From: Anaerolineaceae bacterium
Lineage (GTDB): Bacteria; Chloroflexota; Anaerolineae; Anaerolineales; Anaerolineaceae
Length of the DNA: 64,000 bases
Reading direction: 5' to 3'
Assembly: GCA_035342915.1 (NCBI GenBank)
Contig: DAOQYB010000012.1
Span: forward strand, 1,479-65,478
Positions 26,057 through 33,374 of the stretch are shown here, one piece after another (the first letter of the stretch is position 1; each line of letters begins with the position of its first letter). A model generated the notes under the pieces. The model ran no database searches. It saw only the letters and a list, made by a program, of their open reading frames with translations, and was not told the origin of the DNA. A program made the position numbers and the translations under genes.

Positions 26057-26533
26057 TCAGACCAGCGCGGCAATCATGGCGCTGGCGAAGAGGACAGCGA
26101 CGGCGAGGACCGCGTTGATGACAATGAAAAGCATGCTCAACTTCACCTGCTGTTGAGACAGCCTTTCCATCTTCCTGCCGAGCGCAATACTGCGGTAGAA
26201 CGCGATGGCGATCATGGCGATAACCAGGATGTGCTTAACAGACAGCCAGGATGAATAAGAATTATTGAACGAAAAGAATTGCCCGGGACCTGCCGCCCGG
26301 TTGCCCATCAACACCCCGGTGACAATCAAACCGACCATACAAACGTGCACCCAGCGCCCCTGCTGGCGTTGAAACGCCCGCATGAACTGTTTCATCTGCT
26401 GCCCCGGCCCTAATGTTTTATAGAGCAAAGGCAGGTAAGTGATCACGGTAACGATCAGGCCGCCCATCCAGACCACAGTGAAAAGGTCGTGCAGGAACGT
26501 GACCGACGCGGCAAAAAGAATCCTTACATCCAT
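26057..26533 (-). CDS. four-TM membrane protein (CopD-like?); function unknown
   Basis: 158 aa, AAGGAG RBS, four hydrophobic helices. Divergent from the TetR gene. Confidence 0.65.
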   Translation of the reverse strand: MDVRILFAASVTFLHDLFTVVWMGGLIVTVITYLPLLYKTLGPGQQMKQFMRAFQRQQGRWVHVCMVGLIVTGVLMGNRAAGPGQFFSFNNSYSSWLSVKHILVIAMIAIAFYRSIALGRKMERLSQQQVKLSMLFIVINAVLAVAVLFASAMIAALV

Positions 26534-26673
26534 CCAAGTACTCCTTCTTTTTGTTGAATACTAAACAATCTCGCGTTTTTGCGCTTTATCAAAAGACAAA
26601 CCCGCGCGCAGACCTTCAGCCAGATGAAAAAAACTCATTGCCATATTACGGTTTATCCGGTAGAATTCGGCGG

Positions 26674-27282
26674 ATGAACGACCGTTCGAACACTTCAATG
26701 AAACCCAACCCTGTGCGTTCGCGCGCGCAGATCATCGGCGCTTCGCACCGCCTCTTTTTAGCCCAAGGTTTTCACGGCACCAGCATGCGGCAGATCGCCA
26801 AAGAATCAGGCATGGCGCTGGGGTCGCTCTATAATCATTTCGCTGACAAGGACGCGCTCTTCAGCGCCGTCTTTGAAGCCTACAACCCCTACCCGACCCT
26901 GCTGCTCACGCTCGAAAACTCGCAAGGCGAGACCACAGCCGACCTGGTGCGCACGGCCGCGCGCCGGCTGGTGAACGCCCTCTCCGCCCGGCCGGACCTG
27001 GTGAAACTGGTTTTCATTGACGTGGTCGAATTCCAAGGAGAACACCTGCGCCAGGCCTACCCCGCCGTGGCGCCGGGGATGCTGAACTTTGTGCGGCGTC
27101 TGCGCAAAGACCCGGCCGCGGTGCAGCCGCTCTCGGATGACGCCCTGCTGCGCGCTTTCTTCGGGTTGTTCTACACCTTCCATATGAACGAAATGCTGCT
27201 GGGAAAACCGGTGGATGAAGAAAGCCAATCCGCCGCGCTGCAGGAACTCATCGAGATCTACCTCGACGGCATCCTCGCCTGA
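26674..27282 (+). CDS. TetR/AcrR family transcriptional regulator
   Basis: HTH RAQIIGASHRLFLAQGFHGTSMRQIAKESGMALGSLYNHFADKDALF. Preferred start is ATG at 26674 (MNDRSNTSM) rather than the track start 26551. Confidence 0.88.
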   Translation: MNDRSNTSMKPNPVRSRAQIIGASHRLFLAQGFHGTSMRQIAKESGMALGSLYNHFADKDALFSAVFEAYNPYPTLLLTLENSQGETTADLVRTAARRLVNALSARPDLVKLVFIDVVEFQGEHLRQAYPAVAPGMLNFVRRLRKDPAAVQPLSDDALLRAFFGLFYTFHMNEMLLGKPVDEESQSAALQELIEIYLDGILA

Positions 27283-27291
27283 ACCACCCCG

Positions 27292-27320
27292 ACCGGTTTC
27301 TTAATAACCGGTTTCTTTTT
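27292..27320 (+). terminator. terminator-like hairpin
   Basis: ACCGGTT-TCTTAAT-AACCGGT followed by TTCTTTTT. Confidence 0.55.
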
Positions 27321-27331
27321 GCCTCTTAATC

Positions 27332-27360
27332 TTGACAGTATTACGTTATAGTGGTATCAT
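27332..27360 (+). promoter_or_regulatory. sigma70-like promoter TTGACA-N17-TATCAT
   Basis: TTGACA (27332-27337), 17-nt spacer, TATCAT (27355-27360), 34 bp before the MerR-like gene. Confidence 0.55.
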
Positions 27361-27393
27361 TTGCCAGTAAACAGTAGTTCACAAGGAGGACAA

Positions 27394-28011
27394 ATGAATC
27401 AAGATAAATACTGGATCTCAGACCTGGCGGCGGTCGCTGACGTATCACGGCGCACCATCCGCTACTACATCCAGGAAGGGCTGCTACCCCAGCCGAAGAT
27501 CCGCGGCAAGTACGCCGAGTTTACTGAAACCTATATCCACCGCCTGCGGCTGATTAAAGTGTTAAAAGACGCCTACCTGCCGCTGAACAGGATCAGAGAT
27601 GTATTGAACGCGCTGAAAGATGAGCAGGTGGTGCCGCTGCTGGAGGAATTTGAGCGCGACCCGGTGAGCGCCCTCTCCGGTTTGCAGGCGCTGCCTGTAT
27701 TTGATCAGAGCCAATCCGCCGCGGAAAACGTCAGCGGGCCGGCCAGTGAGAGCGCGCTGGATTACATCAATAACCTGCGCATGCACAGGAAAAAGATCAA
27801 CGAAAGCAACCCGCCGAGTATCGTCAATTTTCAACGCGCTTACGCACCCGCGCAGCCGGTGACCGTTGAGTGGCAGCGCATCAAACTGGCGCATGGTCTC
27901 GAGCTGCACGTGCGTCAACCGGTAAGGCCGCACATTCAGCAGCTGGTTGACCAGGTGATCGAGATGGTGCAGCAGCAGAACCCATCAACTCATTTAGGGA
28001 GGGAAAAATGA
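27394..28011 (+). CDS. MerR family HTH protein with uncharacterised C-terminal region
   Basis: AAGGAGG RBS. YWISDLAAVADVSRRTIRYYIQEGLLPQP...YIHRLRLIKVLKDAYLPLNRIRDVL is a MerR-type HTH plus wing. The C-terminal ~110 aa are unassigned. Confidence 0.8.
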   Translation: MNQDKYWISDLAAVADVSRRTIRYYIQEGLLPQPKIRGKYAEFTETYIHRLRLIKVLKDAYLPLNRIRDVLNALKDEQVVPLLEEFERDPVSALSGLQALPVFDQSQSAAENVSGPASESALDYINNLRMHRKKINESNPPSIVNFQRAYAPAQPVTVEWQRIKLAHGLELHVRQPVRPHIQQLVDQVIEMVQQQNPSTHLGREK

Positions 28012-29264
28012 AAATACCACAATTAAGCATCAAGACGGACGCCGCGCTGATCAACCAGGGCAAGCCAACGCGGCGCATCCTCGAGGTGGCGCTCAGCGCG
28101 CCTGAAGCCTCAGGCAACAGGGATGCCACCCCGCTCAACCTGGCGCTGGTCATCGACCGCAGCGGTTCAATGTCAGACGGAAAACTGGAACAGGTCAAGG
28201 CGGCCGTGGGTCAGATCCTCGACCTGCTGCGCCCCATCGACAGCGCGGCGATCGTTGATTATGACGACCGGGTGACCGTCACCGCGGAGAGCGGTTCGGT
28301 GACGCCGGCTTCGCGCGAAGAAATGAAGCAGGCGGTCAACCACCTGGAACCGCGCGGCATGACAGACCTGGGCGGTGGCTGGTTGCGGGGCTGCGAGTGC
28401 GCGGCGCGGCACCAAAGCCCCGGCAGGATCAGCCGCGCGCTGCTGCTTACGGACGGACTGGCCAACCGCGGCATCACTGAACCGTTAGAATTGCAGCAGC
28501 ACGCCTCGGCGTTATTCGAGCGCGGTATCACCACCTCGACCTTCGGCGTAGGAGAGGAATTCAACGAGCACCTGCTCGAAGGCATGGCCAACCACGGGGG
28601 CGGTAATTACTACTATATCGATACCCGGCAGCGCATCCCCGAGATCCTGCTGCAGGAATTCAAGGACCTGGCAGCGGTGACCCTGAAGGGGGTGACGCTG
28701 GAACTTACCTTCCCTGCCGGTAGCGCGTTTGAGCTTTTCGGCGAATGGCGCGCAGAGAAGAGCGGGAACCGTCTGCTCATCAACCTTTCGGACCTGGCGG
28801 CGGAACGCACGGTGAACCTGTTTATTGACCTGATCACTCCCCCGGGCAGCGGCGAACTCACCATCAGCGCGACCGCCAGGGGAACGGACGAGGCGGATAA
28901 ACCCTTCGCGCTGGATGGCAACATAACCCTGCGTTACGCAGAGGAAGGCGAGGTAGCGCTCGCCGAGGTAAAGCGCGACCAGGACATGATTACGCGCTAC
29001 TCGTCGGTGGTAGTGGGGCACATCTCGAACCAGGCGCTCAAACTGGAGCGGGCCGGTAAACGCGATGAAGCCGGCAAGTTGATGGACAGACTGATGCTGG
29101 AACACGGCATGAACCTGCCCGAGGTCACCCGCGCTCGTTACCAGCGCATCCGCAGTGAAGTACGTGAAGGACTGGACGAGCCGCGGCGCAAGTTCTACCA
29201 GAACGACAGCTACAACCTGAAACGCCACCGCCACGAAGAACAACAAGGCGACCACTCCAGGTAA
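28008..29264 (+). CDS. von Willebrand factor type A (vWA) domain protein
   Basis: ATGA overlap with the MerR-like gene. MIDAS LALVIDRSGSMS, T at LLLTDGLAN, and a C-terminal ~200 aa of unknown type. Confidence 0.85.
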   Translation: MKIPQLSIKTDAALINQGKPTRRILEVALSAPEASGNRDATPLNLALVIDRSGSMSDGKLEQVKAAVGQILDLLRPIDSAAIVDYDDRVTVTAESGSVTPASREEMKQAVNHLEPRGMTDLGGGWLRGCECAARHQSPGRISRALLLTDGLANRGITEPLELQQHASALFERGITTSTFGVGEEFNEHLLEGMANHGGGNYYYIDTRQRIPEILLQEFKDLAAVTLKGVTLELTFPAGSAFELFGEWRAEKSGNRLLINLSDLAAERTVNLFIDLITPPGSGELTISATARGTDEADKPFALDGNITLRYAEEGEVALAEVKRDQDMITRYSSVVVGHISNQALKLERAGKRDEAGKLMDRLMLEHGMNLPEVTRARYQRIRSEVREGLDEPRRKFYQNDSYNLKRHRHEEQQGDHSR

Positions 29265-29351
29265 TCTTAACCCGTTATAAGGACCGGCGAAGATGCGTTC
29301 AATCCCTGCCCGAACAGCGGTAGAGCTGAGCGAAGGGAAAACCGGTAAGAT

Positions 29352-29386
29352 AAAGGCCGGTGCTGCCTGCAGCACCGGCCTTTATT
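29352..29386 (+). terminator. rho-independent terminator
   Basis: AAAGGCCGGTGCT-GCCTGC-AGCACCGGCCTTT followed by ATT. Confidence 0.65.
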
Positions 29387-29437
29387 AATTGAACGATCGT
29401 TCAATTGTGATCAACAGGATATATGAACGAGCGTTCA
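29387..29437. promoter_or_regulatory. two SOS-box-like palindromes (AATTGAACGATCGTTCAATT and TGAACGAGCGTTCA)
   Basis: Perfect 20-bp palindrome at 29387-29406 and a 14-bp near-palindrome at 29424-29437. Both contain GAAC-N4-GTTC and lie 54-104 bp upstream of grpB. Confidence 0.45.
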
Positions 29438-29490
29438 ATCCACAGTTGTTAATCTATACGCATTATTGCCTTCCGGTGTATGATTGGCGC

Positions 29491-30015
29491 ATGAAAACCG
29501 TCATTCCCATCGAGGTCCTGCCCTACGACCCGGCCTGGCCGCTGCAGTACGAAGCAGCCCGTGATGCGATATTGAAGGCGATCGGAGTCTTCGTGCTGCG
29601 CATCGAGCATATCGGCAGCACGGCTGTGCCCGACCTGGCCGCCAAACCGGTGATCGATATTCTGGTCGGTGTGAACAGACTTGAGGAGGCGCCGGATTTT
29701 TTACCCCCGCTTTACCCGCTGGGTTATACCTATATCCCCGAACACGAAGACCTCTTCCCTGAACGCCGCTACCTGCACCGTATTGTCAACAACGCCCACA
29801 CCCACCACCTGCACATCGTCGAAGCGCAGAGCGAGTTCTTCAGGGTACAGCTGCTCTTCCGCGACTATCTGCGCACCCACCCTGAAGAAGCCCGGCGCTA
29901 CGCGGCGCTCAAGCAACGCCTGGCCCAGGAGTACCGGCTGGATCGCGAAGCCTACACGGACGGCAAGAGCGGGCTTATCAAGGAAATCCTTGTACAGGCT
30001 TCCCGCAGCACCTGA
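29491..30015 (+). CDS. GrpB family protein (UPF0157)
   Basis: YDPAWP..Y......I.......I.HIGSTAVP.L.AKPVIDILVGV and later HHLH motifs. Start MKTVIPIEV at 29491. Confidence 0.85.
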   Translation: MKTVIPIEVLPYDPAWPLQYEAARDAILKAIGVFVLRIEHIGSTAVPDLAAKPVIDILVGVNRLEEAPDFLPPLYPLGYTYIPEHEDLFPERRYLHRIVNNAHTHHLHIVEAQSEFFRVQLLFRDYLRTHPEEARRYAALKQRLAQEYRLDREAYTDGKSGLIKEILVQASRST

Positions 30016-30066
30016 CACTGCCCGGCAGCACAATGGTAGAATCACTGGCGTGAACAGGAGGCTGCC

Positions 30067-30444
30067 GTGGGAATAATCGAATTATTCAACAAACATCAAT
30101 ATATCAATCTCGAAACCTACCGCAAAAATGGCCAGGGGGTTCGCACACCAGTGTGGTTCGTGGTGCATGAAGGAGAACTGTGTTTTACCACCGAAGCCTC
30201 CTCGGGCAAGGTCAAACGCCTGCGCCGCAATCCGGCGGTCAAAGCCGCCCCCTGCACCGCCAGCGGCGATCTGCTGGGAGAGTGGCATACGGCGCGCGCG
30301 CGCTTCTTGAGCGCGGATGAGATCGTCGTGGTAAGGAAGGTATACGCCCGCAAATACGGGGTGATGAAGCTGCTCTTTGACCTGCTGGGGATGTTCAGAA
30401 AAAAACAGCGCCTCTACATCGCCCTGGCGCTTGATTCGGAATGA
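30067..30444 (+). CDS. PPOX class F420-dependent / pyridoxamine 5'-phosphate oxidase-like family protein
   Basis: YINLETYRKNGQGVRTPVWFVVHEGELCFTTEASSGKVKRLRRNPAV pattern. GTG start. Confidence 0.75.
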   Translation: MGIIELFNKHQYINLETYRKNGQGVRTPVWFVVHEGELCFTTEASSGKVKRLRRNPAVKAAPCTASGDLLGEWHTARARFLSADEIVVVRKVYARKYGVMKLLFDLLGMFRKKQRLYIALALDSE

Positions 30445-30481
30445 GCGCTACAGCCATCAGGTTAAAAGTGTCATCCCTGGA

Positions 30482-30705
30482 TGCAACCCCTGCCTTCCCG
30501 CCCGAATGCAATTTCCGCCTGTTCGCCTGAATGCAGATATTGCCTATTGGCAAGCGTGCAAAATCTGCCTTTTGGCGAGAAGAACAAAAATGCACGCCGG
30601 CGGGGATGAATTAACTGCATCAAGGAGGCCTGGGTGCAAGAAATGTCCTTCTACAGAGTGCAGGAAGTGCACCTCTACAGCGTGCAAAAGTTGCACGTGA
30701 TTCTA
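30482..30705. repeat. array of about nine degenerate direct repeats built on (A/G)TGCA(A/G), period 24-25 bp
   Basis: TGCA starts at 30482, 30507, 30532, 30557, 30591, 30616, 30635, 30659 and 30683, giving spacings of 25, 25, 25, 34, 25, 19, 24 and 24. The last three units are clear 24-mers: GTGCAAGAAATGTCCTTCTACAGA, GTGCAGGAAGTGCACCTCTACAGC, GTGCAAAAGTTGCACGTGATTCTA. Confidence 0.75.
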
Positions 30706-30743
30706 TTCACCACTTAATTAATACTTTAAACGACTTAAAGAGC

Positions 30744-31142
30744 TTAACCGCTTTTTTTACGGCGCTGTGGATTGATCAGATCCTCAGGAAATACCAGGTT
30801 CCAATCATAGCGCGGGCTCCTGGATGGTTGTTTGTATTTACCCGGGTCCACCTGTCCATTCTGATAGTCATTGAGAAAACGCGCCAGCGCCAGGGTTGCC
30901 AGCTGGCTGGCCGGCAGGCGCAGATCCTCTGCCAGCAGGCGGATGCCCTCGCGGATGGAAGGCGGAAGATCATAAGTGGCGCGCTGGTCGCGCCTGGATT
31001 GGATCTTGGCGCGTTCACGGGAAATACGTTCTCTTTCGCGGCGCGGGAGTTGGGACTCGGATTGTTTCTGCTGCATCCCGCGCAGCAGGTCCGCCACTGC
31101 CGGGTCGAGCGCGAAACGGCGTTGTCTTTTTTCATCAACCAT
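30744..31142 (-). CDS. ribbon-helix-helix protein, candidate centromere-binding partner of the adjacent ParA (ParG/omega-like, type Ib)
   Basis: 132 aa, 8-nt overlap with the upstream parA. ATYDLPPSIREGIRLLAEDLRLPASQLATLALARFL fits a beta-strand/helix/helix pattern. Basic N-terminal tail. Confidence 0.6.
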   Translation of the reverse strand: MVDEKRQRRFALDPAVADLLRGMQQKQSESQLPRRERERISRERAKIQSRRDQRATYDLPPSIREGIRLLAEDLRLPASQLATLALARFLNDYQNGQVDPGKYKQPSRSPRYDWNLVFPEDLINPQRRKKSG

Positions 31143-31905
31143 CGATCACCTCCAGCATGCGGCCAAGCACCTGGCGGTATCCGCCGAGGCGCTGACGGCC
31201 ATCTCTAAATCCTTCGATTGAAGTGGAATTGGGCGAATACTCCCACAATGTCTGCCCGTATGCCGCTGTTTCACGCACGCGCGTATCCTGCGGCACCGGC
31301 GGCCAGACGTTCGCGCCGAAAACGCGGGTGATCTCTTCAAACTGGATAAGCGTTTCACGCGTGGTGCGATCGAAAAAGGTCGGCAGAATACTGTAACCGC
31401 GGTAAAGGTGACCGTTGCGGCTGATCTCGGCCATGGTGGTGAGGATCTCTTTCACCCCATCCACCGCCAACGCGTCCAGCCGGGTAGGAATCACAACCCA
31501 GTCCGCGGCAATCAAGCCATTGATGTGCAGCACATCCAGCGAAGGCGCCATATCCAGCAAGACCGCGTCATAACCGGAGTTGGTGAGAATGTCACTGAGG
31601 ATGGTCTCGCGAAAATCGGCCAGGGTGATCTGGCGCTTGACCTTTTCCGTCTGCTTATCGCCGGGCACCAGGTCCAGGTTGGGGCGCAGCGGCACCACCA
31701 CCCCGGCCAGCGGTTCATCCAGGCAGATCAGGCGGTAGAGCCCCGGGGATTTTTCCAGGCCGAAGGAAAGCGCCAGGTGCCCCTGCGGATCGAGGTCGAC
31801 GAGCAGGGTGCGTTTATTAAGGCGCGCCAGACCGTCAGCGAGCGTGACCGCAGTGGTGGTCTTGCCGACACCGCCTTTCTGATTGGCAAAAGCAAAGATC
31901 ATCAA
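31135..31905 (-). CDS. parA: ParA/Soj-family partition ATPase (short form)
   Basis: Deviant Walker A FANQKGGVGKTTTAV, LLVDLDPQG, DAVLLDMAPS. Confidence 0.9.
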   Translation of the reverse strand: MMIFAFANQKGGVGKTTTAVTLADGLARLNKRTLLVDLDPQGHLALSFGLEKSPGLYRLICLDEPLAGVVVPLRPNLDLVPGDKQTEKVKRQITLADFRETILSDILTNSGYDAVLLDMAPSLDVLHINGLIAADWVVIPTRLDALAVDGVKEILTTMAEISRNGHLYRGYSILPTFFDRTTRETLIQFEEITRVFGANVWPPVPQDTRVRETAAYGQTLWEYSPNSTSIEGFRDGRQRLGGYRQVLGRMLEVIDG

Positions 31906-31967
31906 AAGAGAAAACTCCTGGCTCAGATGTTATCAGTGAACGAAGAAACCGCCCACAAATAAAAAAT

Positions 31968-32058
31968 AAGGGTCGCCCCATAAAATTATAAAGGGTCACC
32001 CCTTGAAAATCAAGGGTCGCCCCTGGAAAAGAGATGACCGCGGAAAAAGGGTCACCCC
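31968..32058. repeat. four 12-bp direct repeats AAGGGTC(G/A)CCCC (iteron/centromere-like)
   Basis: Copies at 31968-31979 (G), 31991-32002 (A), 32012-32023 (G) and 32047-32058 (A). The A-type copies are followed by TTGA and contain the palindrome GGGTCACCC. They lie 63-153 bp upstream of the parA start at 31905. Confidence 0.75.
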
Positions 32059-32151
32059 TTGATGCCCTTCAAGGCTTCCTGGAAACGGAAAATGGCGTTG
32101 AACGCGTAAAGCCCCGTGTGGCGGAAAATATGGAAAAAGGAGAAGGAAAAA

Positions 32152-32207
32152 GTGTAACCGCGGTAACACATTGACTAAAAAAAGTGTAACCATGGTTACA
32201 CTTTTTT
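32152..32207. promoter_or_regulatory. parS-like palindromes GTGTAACCGCGGTAACAC and AAAAAAGTGTAACCATGGTTACACTTTTTT
   Basis: 32152-32169 is a near-palindrome. 32184-32201 is a perfect 18-bp palindrome, extended to a perfect 30-bp palindrome (32178-32207) by A6/T6 flanks. They lie 18-73 bp downstream of the parB stop. The second could alternatively be a bidirectional terminator. Confidence 0.5.
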
Positions 32208-32224
32208 AGAACAATTAACCGGTG

Positions 32225-33370
32225 CTAACGGGTACGGTCAAGGCGCGCGCGGATCAACCTGGACAGTTCCTCGAGCAGGTTCAGGGATTGAGCTCCCAAC
32301 CCTCTCACCACCATGGTGTTGGCGATCTCATCCAGCGCCCGGTCCTGGCCAGTACGGTCAAGCTCATTGAGGGTTTGTACGAAGCGCCGCAGCGAGCGCG
32401 CGGCCTGGCGACCGGGTTCGGGGAGGATGGGCGCGGCGGGGCGCCGGGGAGGTTCTGCGCCGGCCCTGGCGGGCGCGGCGATCTCGGCGATCTCTTCGGA
32501 GGTAAGCTGATTTTGAATGCTCAACCTGACCATACGCTCCCACTGGTCACGCGGCGAAGACAGGATCTCGCGCAGGACGCGTTCCGATAGGCGGTAGCGA
32601 TCCGCCAGGTCCAGCTGGCTGGTAGGCAGCTGCAGGATGTTGAGCAGCTGCACCATGCGCGGGCGGGTGAGCTGCATCACGGGGGTGATCTTCTCCCACA
32701 AACCCGCGGGCATGCGCTGGGTGCGCGCGATGCGGAAGTAATCGTAGTCATCCGCCAGGTCCTTATCCGGGTGGATACCCATTTCAGCCAGGATGAGGGC
32801 TGCCACTTCGCAGGCCTGTTCCACCGAGGATGGGGGTTCGGCGTGACGGTTCTCCAACACCTGGCGCTGGCGGGTGGGATGTTCCACCACCTCAACGCGC
32901 AGCAGCGGTTCATCTTCGGCACCGGAAGAGGCGTACTGCAGGCAGGCCGCCCAGTAGCGACGTTCACCGGTCTCGATGATGAACACGTATTCGCCGCCGG
33001 CACCCAATGCCCACTTGCCGGTGATGGATTTTATCTGGCCGTGCTCATCGAAAGACGAGCCCATGGCGAGAAGCTTCTGCACTTCCTGTTCCATGCCGGG
33101 GTCGGTGCGAGAAAGCGCCAGCCATTCCAGCGCCGCCTGGTAGCAGTTGATGCGGCCGCCGTAGAAATCCGCGCGGATCTCGGCGGGAAGCAGGCGCCGC
33201 GGCTGAAACCGGTCGGGAAGCATCTGGCTGGGTTTAAGGCGTTCGATGCGTTCCACCGGCGCGGGCGCCGCATCCGGGGAGTTCACGCGCGCCGGGGGTT
33301 CTATCTTGGGTTTTTTTGAGCCTTTCTTATCCAGGTCTTCAAAGGCGTTAAATCTCTTTTTCGGCGGCAT
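32225..33370 (-). CDS. parB: ParB/Spo0J-family partition protein (ParB N-terminal CTP-binding domain + HTH)
   Basis: LKPSQMLPDRFQPRR (box I), FIIETGERRYWAA (GERRxRA arginine patch), HTH-like MQLTRPRMVQLLNILQLPTSQLDL, and a Pro/Arg-rich linker plus helical C-terminus. Start lies 4 nt after the parA stop. Confidence 0.85.
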   Translation of the reverse strand: MPPKKRFNAFEDLDKKGSKKPKIEPPARVNSPDAAPAPVERIERLKPSQMLPDRFQPRRLLPAEIRADFYGGRINCYQAALEWLALSRTDPGMEQEVQKLLAMGSSFDEHGQIKSITGKWALGAGGEYVFIIETGERRYWAACLQYASSGAEDEPLLRVEVVEHPTRQRQVLENRHAEPPSSVEQACEVAALILAEMGIHPDKDLADDYDYFRIARTQRMPAGLWEKITPVMQLTRPRMVQLLNILQLPTSQLDLADRYRLSERVLREILSSPRDQWERMVRLSIQNQLTSEEIAEIAAPARAGAEPPRRPAAPILPEPGRQAARSLRRFVQTLNELDRTGQDRALDEIANTMVVRGLGAQSLNLLEELSRLIRARLDRTR

Positions 33371-33374
33371 GGGC

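Noticed and set aside
30377-30700. 107-aa Cys-rich ORF (CKKCPSTECRKCTSTACKSCT) and the 65-aa ORF at 31996-32193.
   Set aside because: Their odd composition is produced by the TGCA and AAGGGTC(G/A)CCCC DNA repeats they span. They have no RBS and lie in AT-rich non-coding gaps.
30634-30705. Possible CRISPR array (regular 24-bp repeats).
   Set aside because: The repeats abut each other with no unique spacers, are degenerate, number only three clear units, and no cas genes are present.
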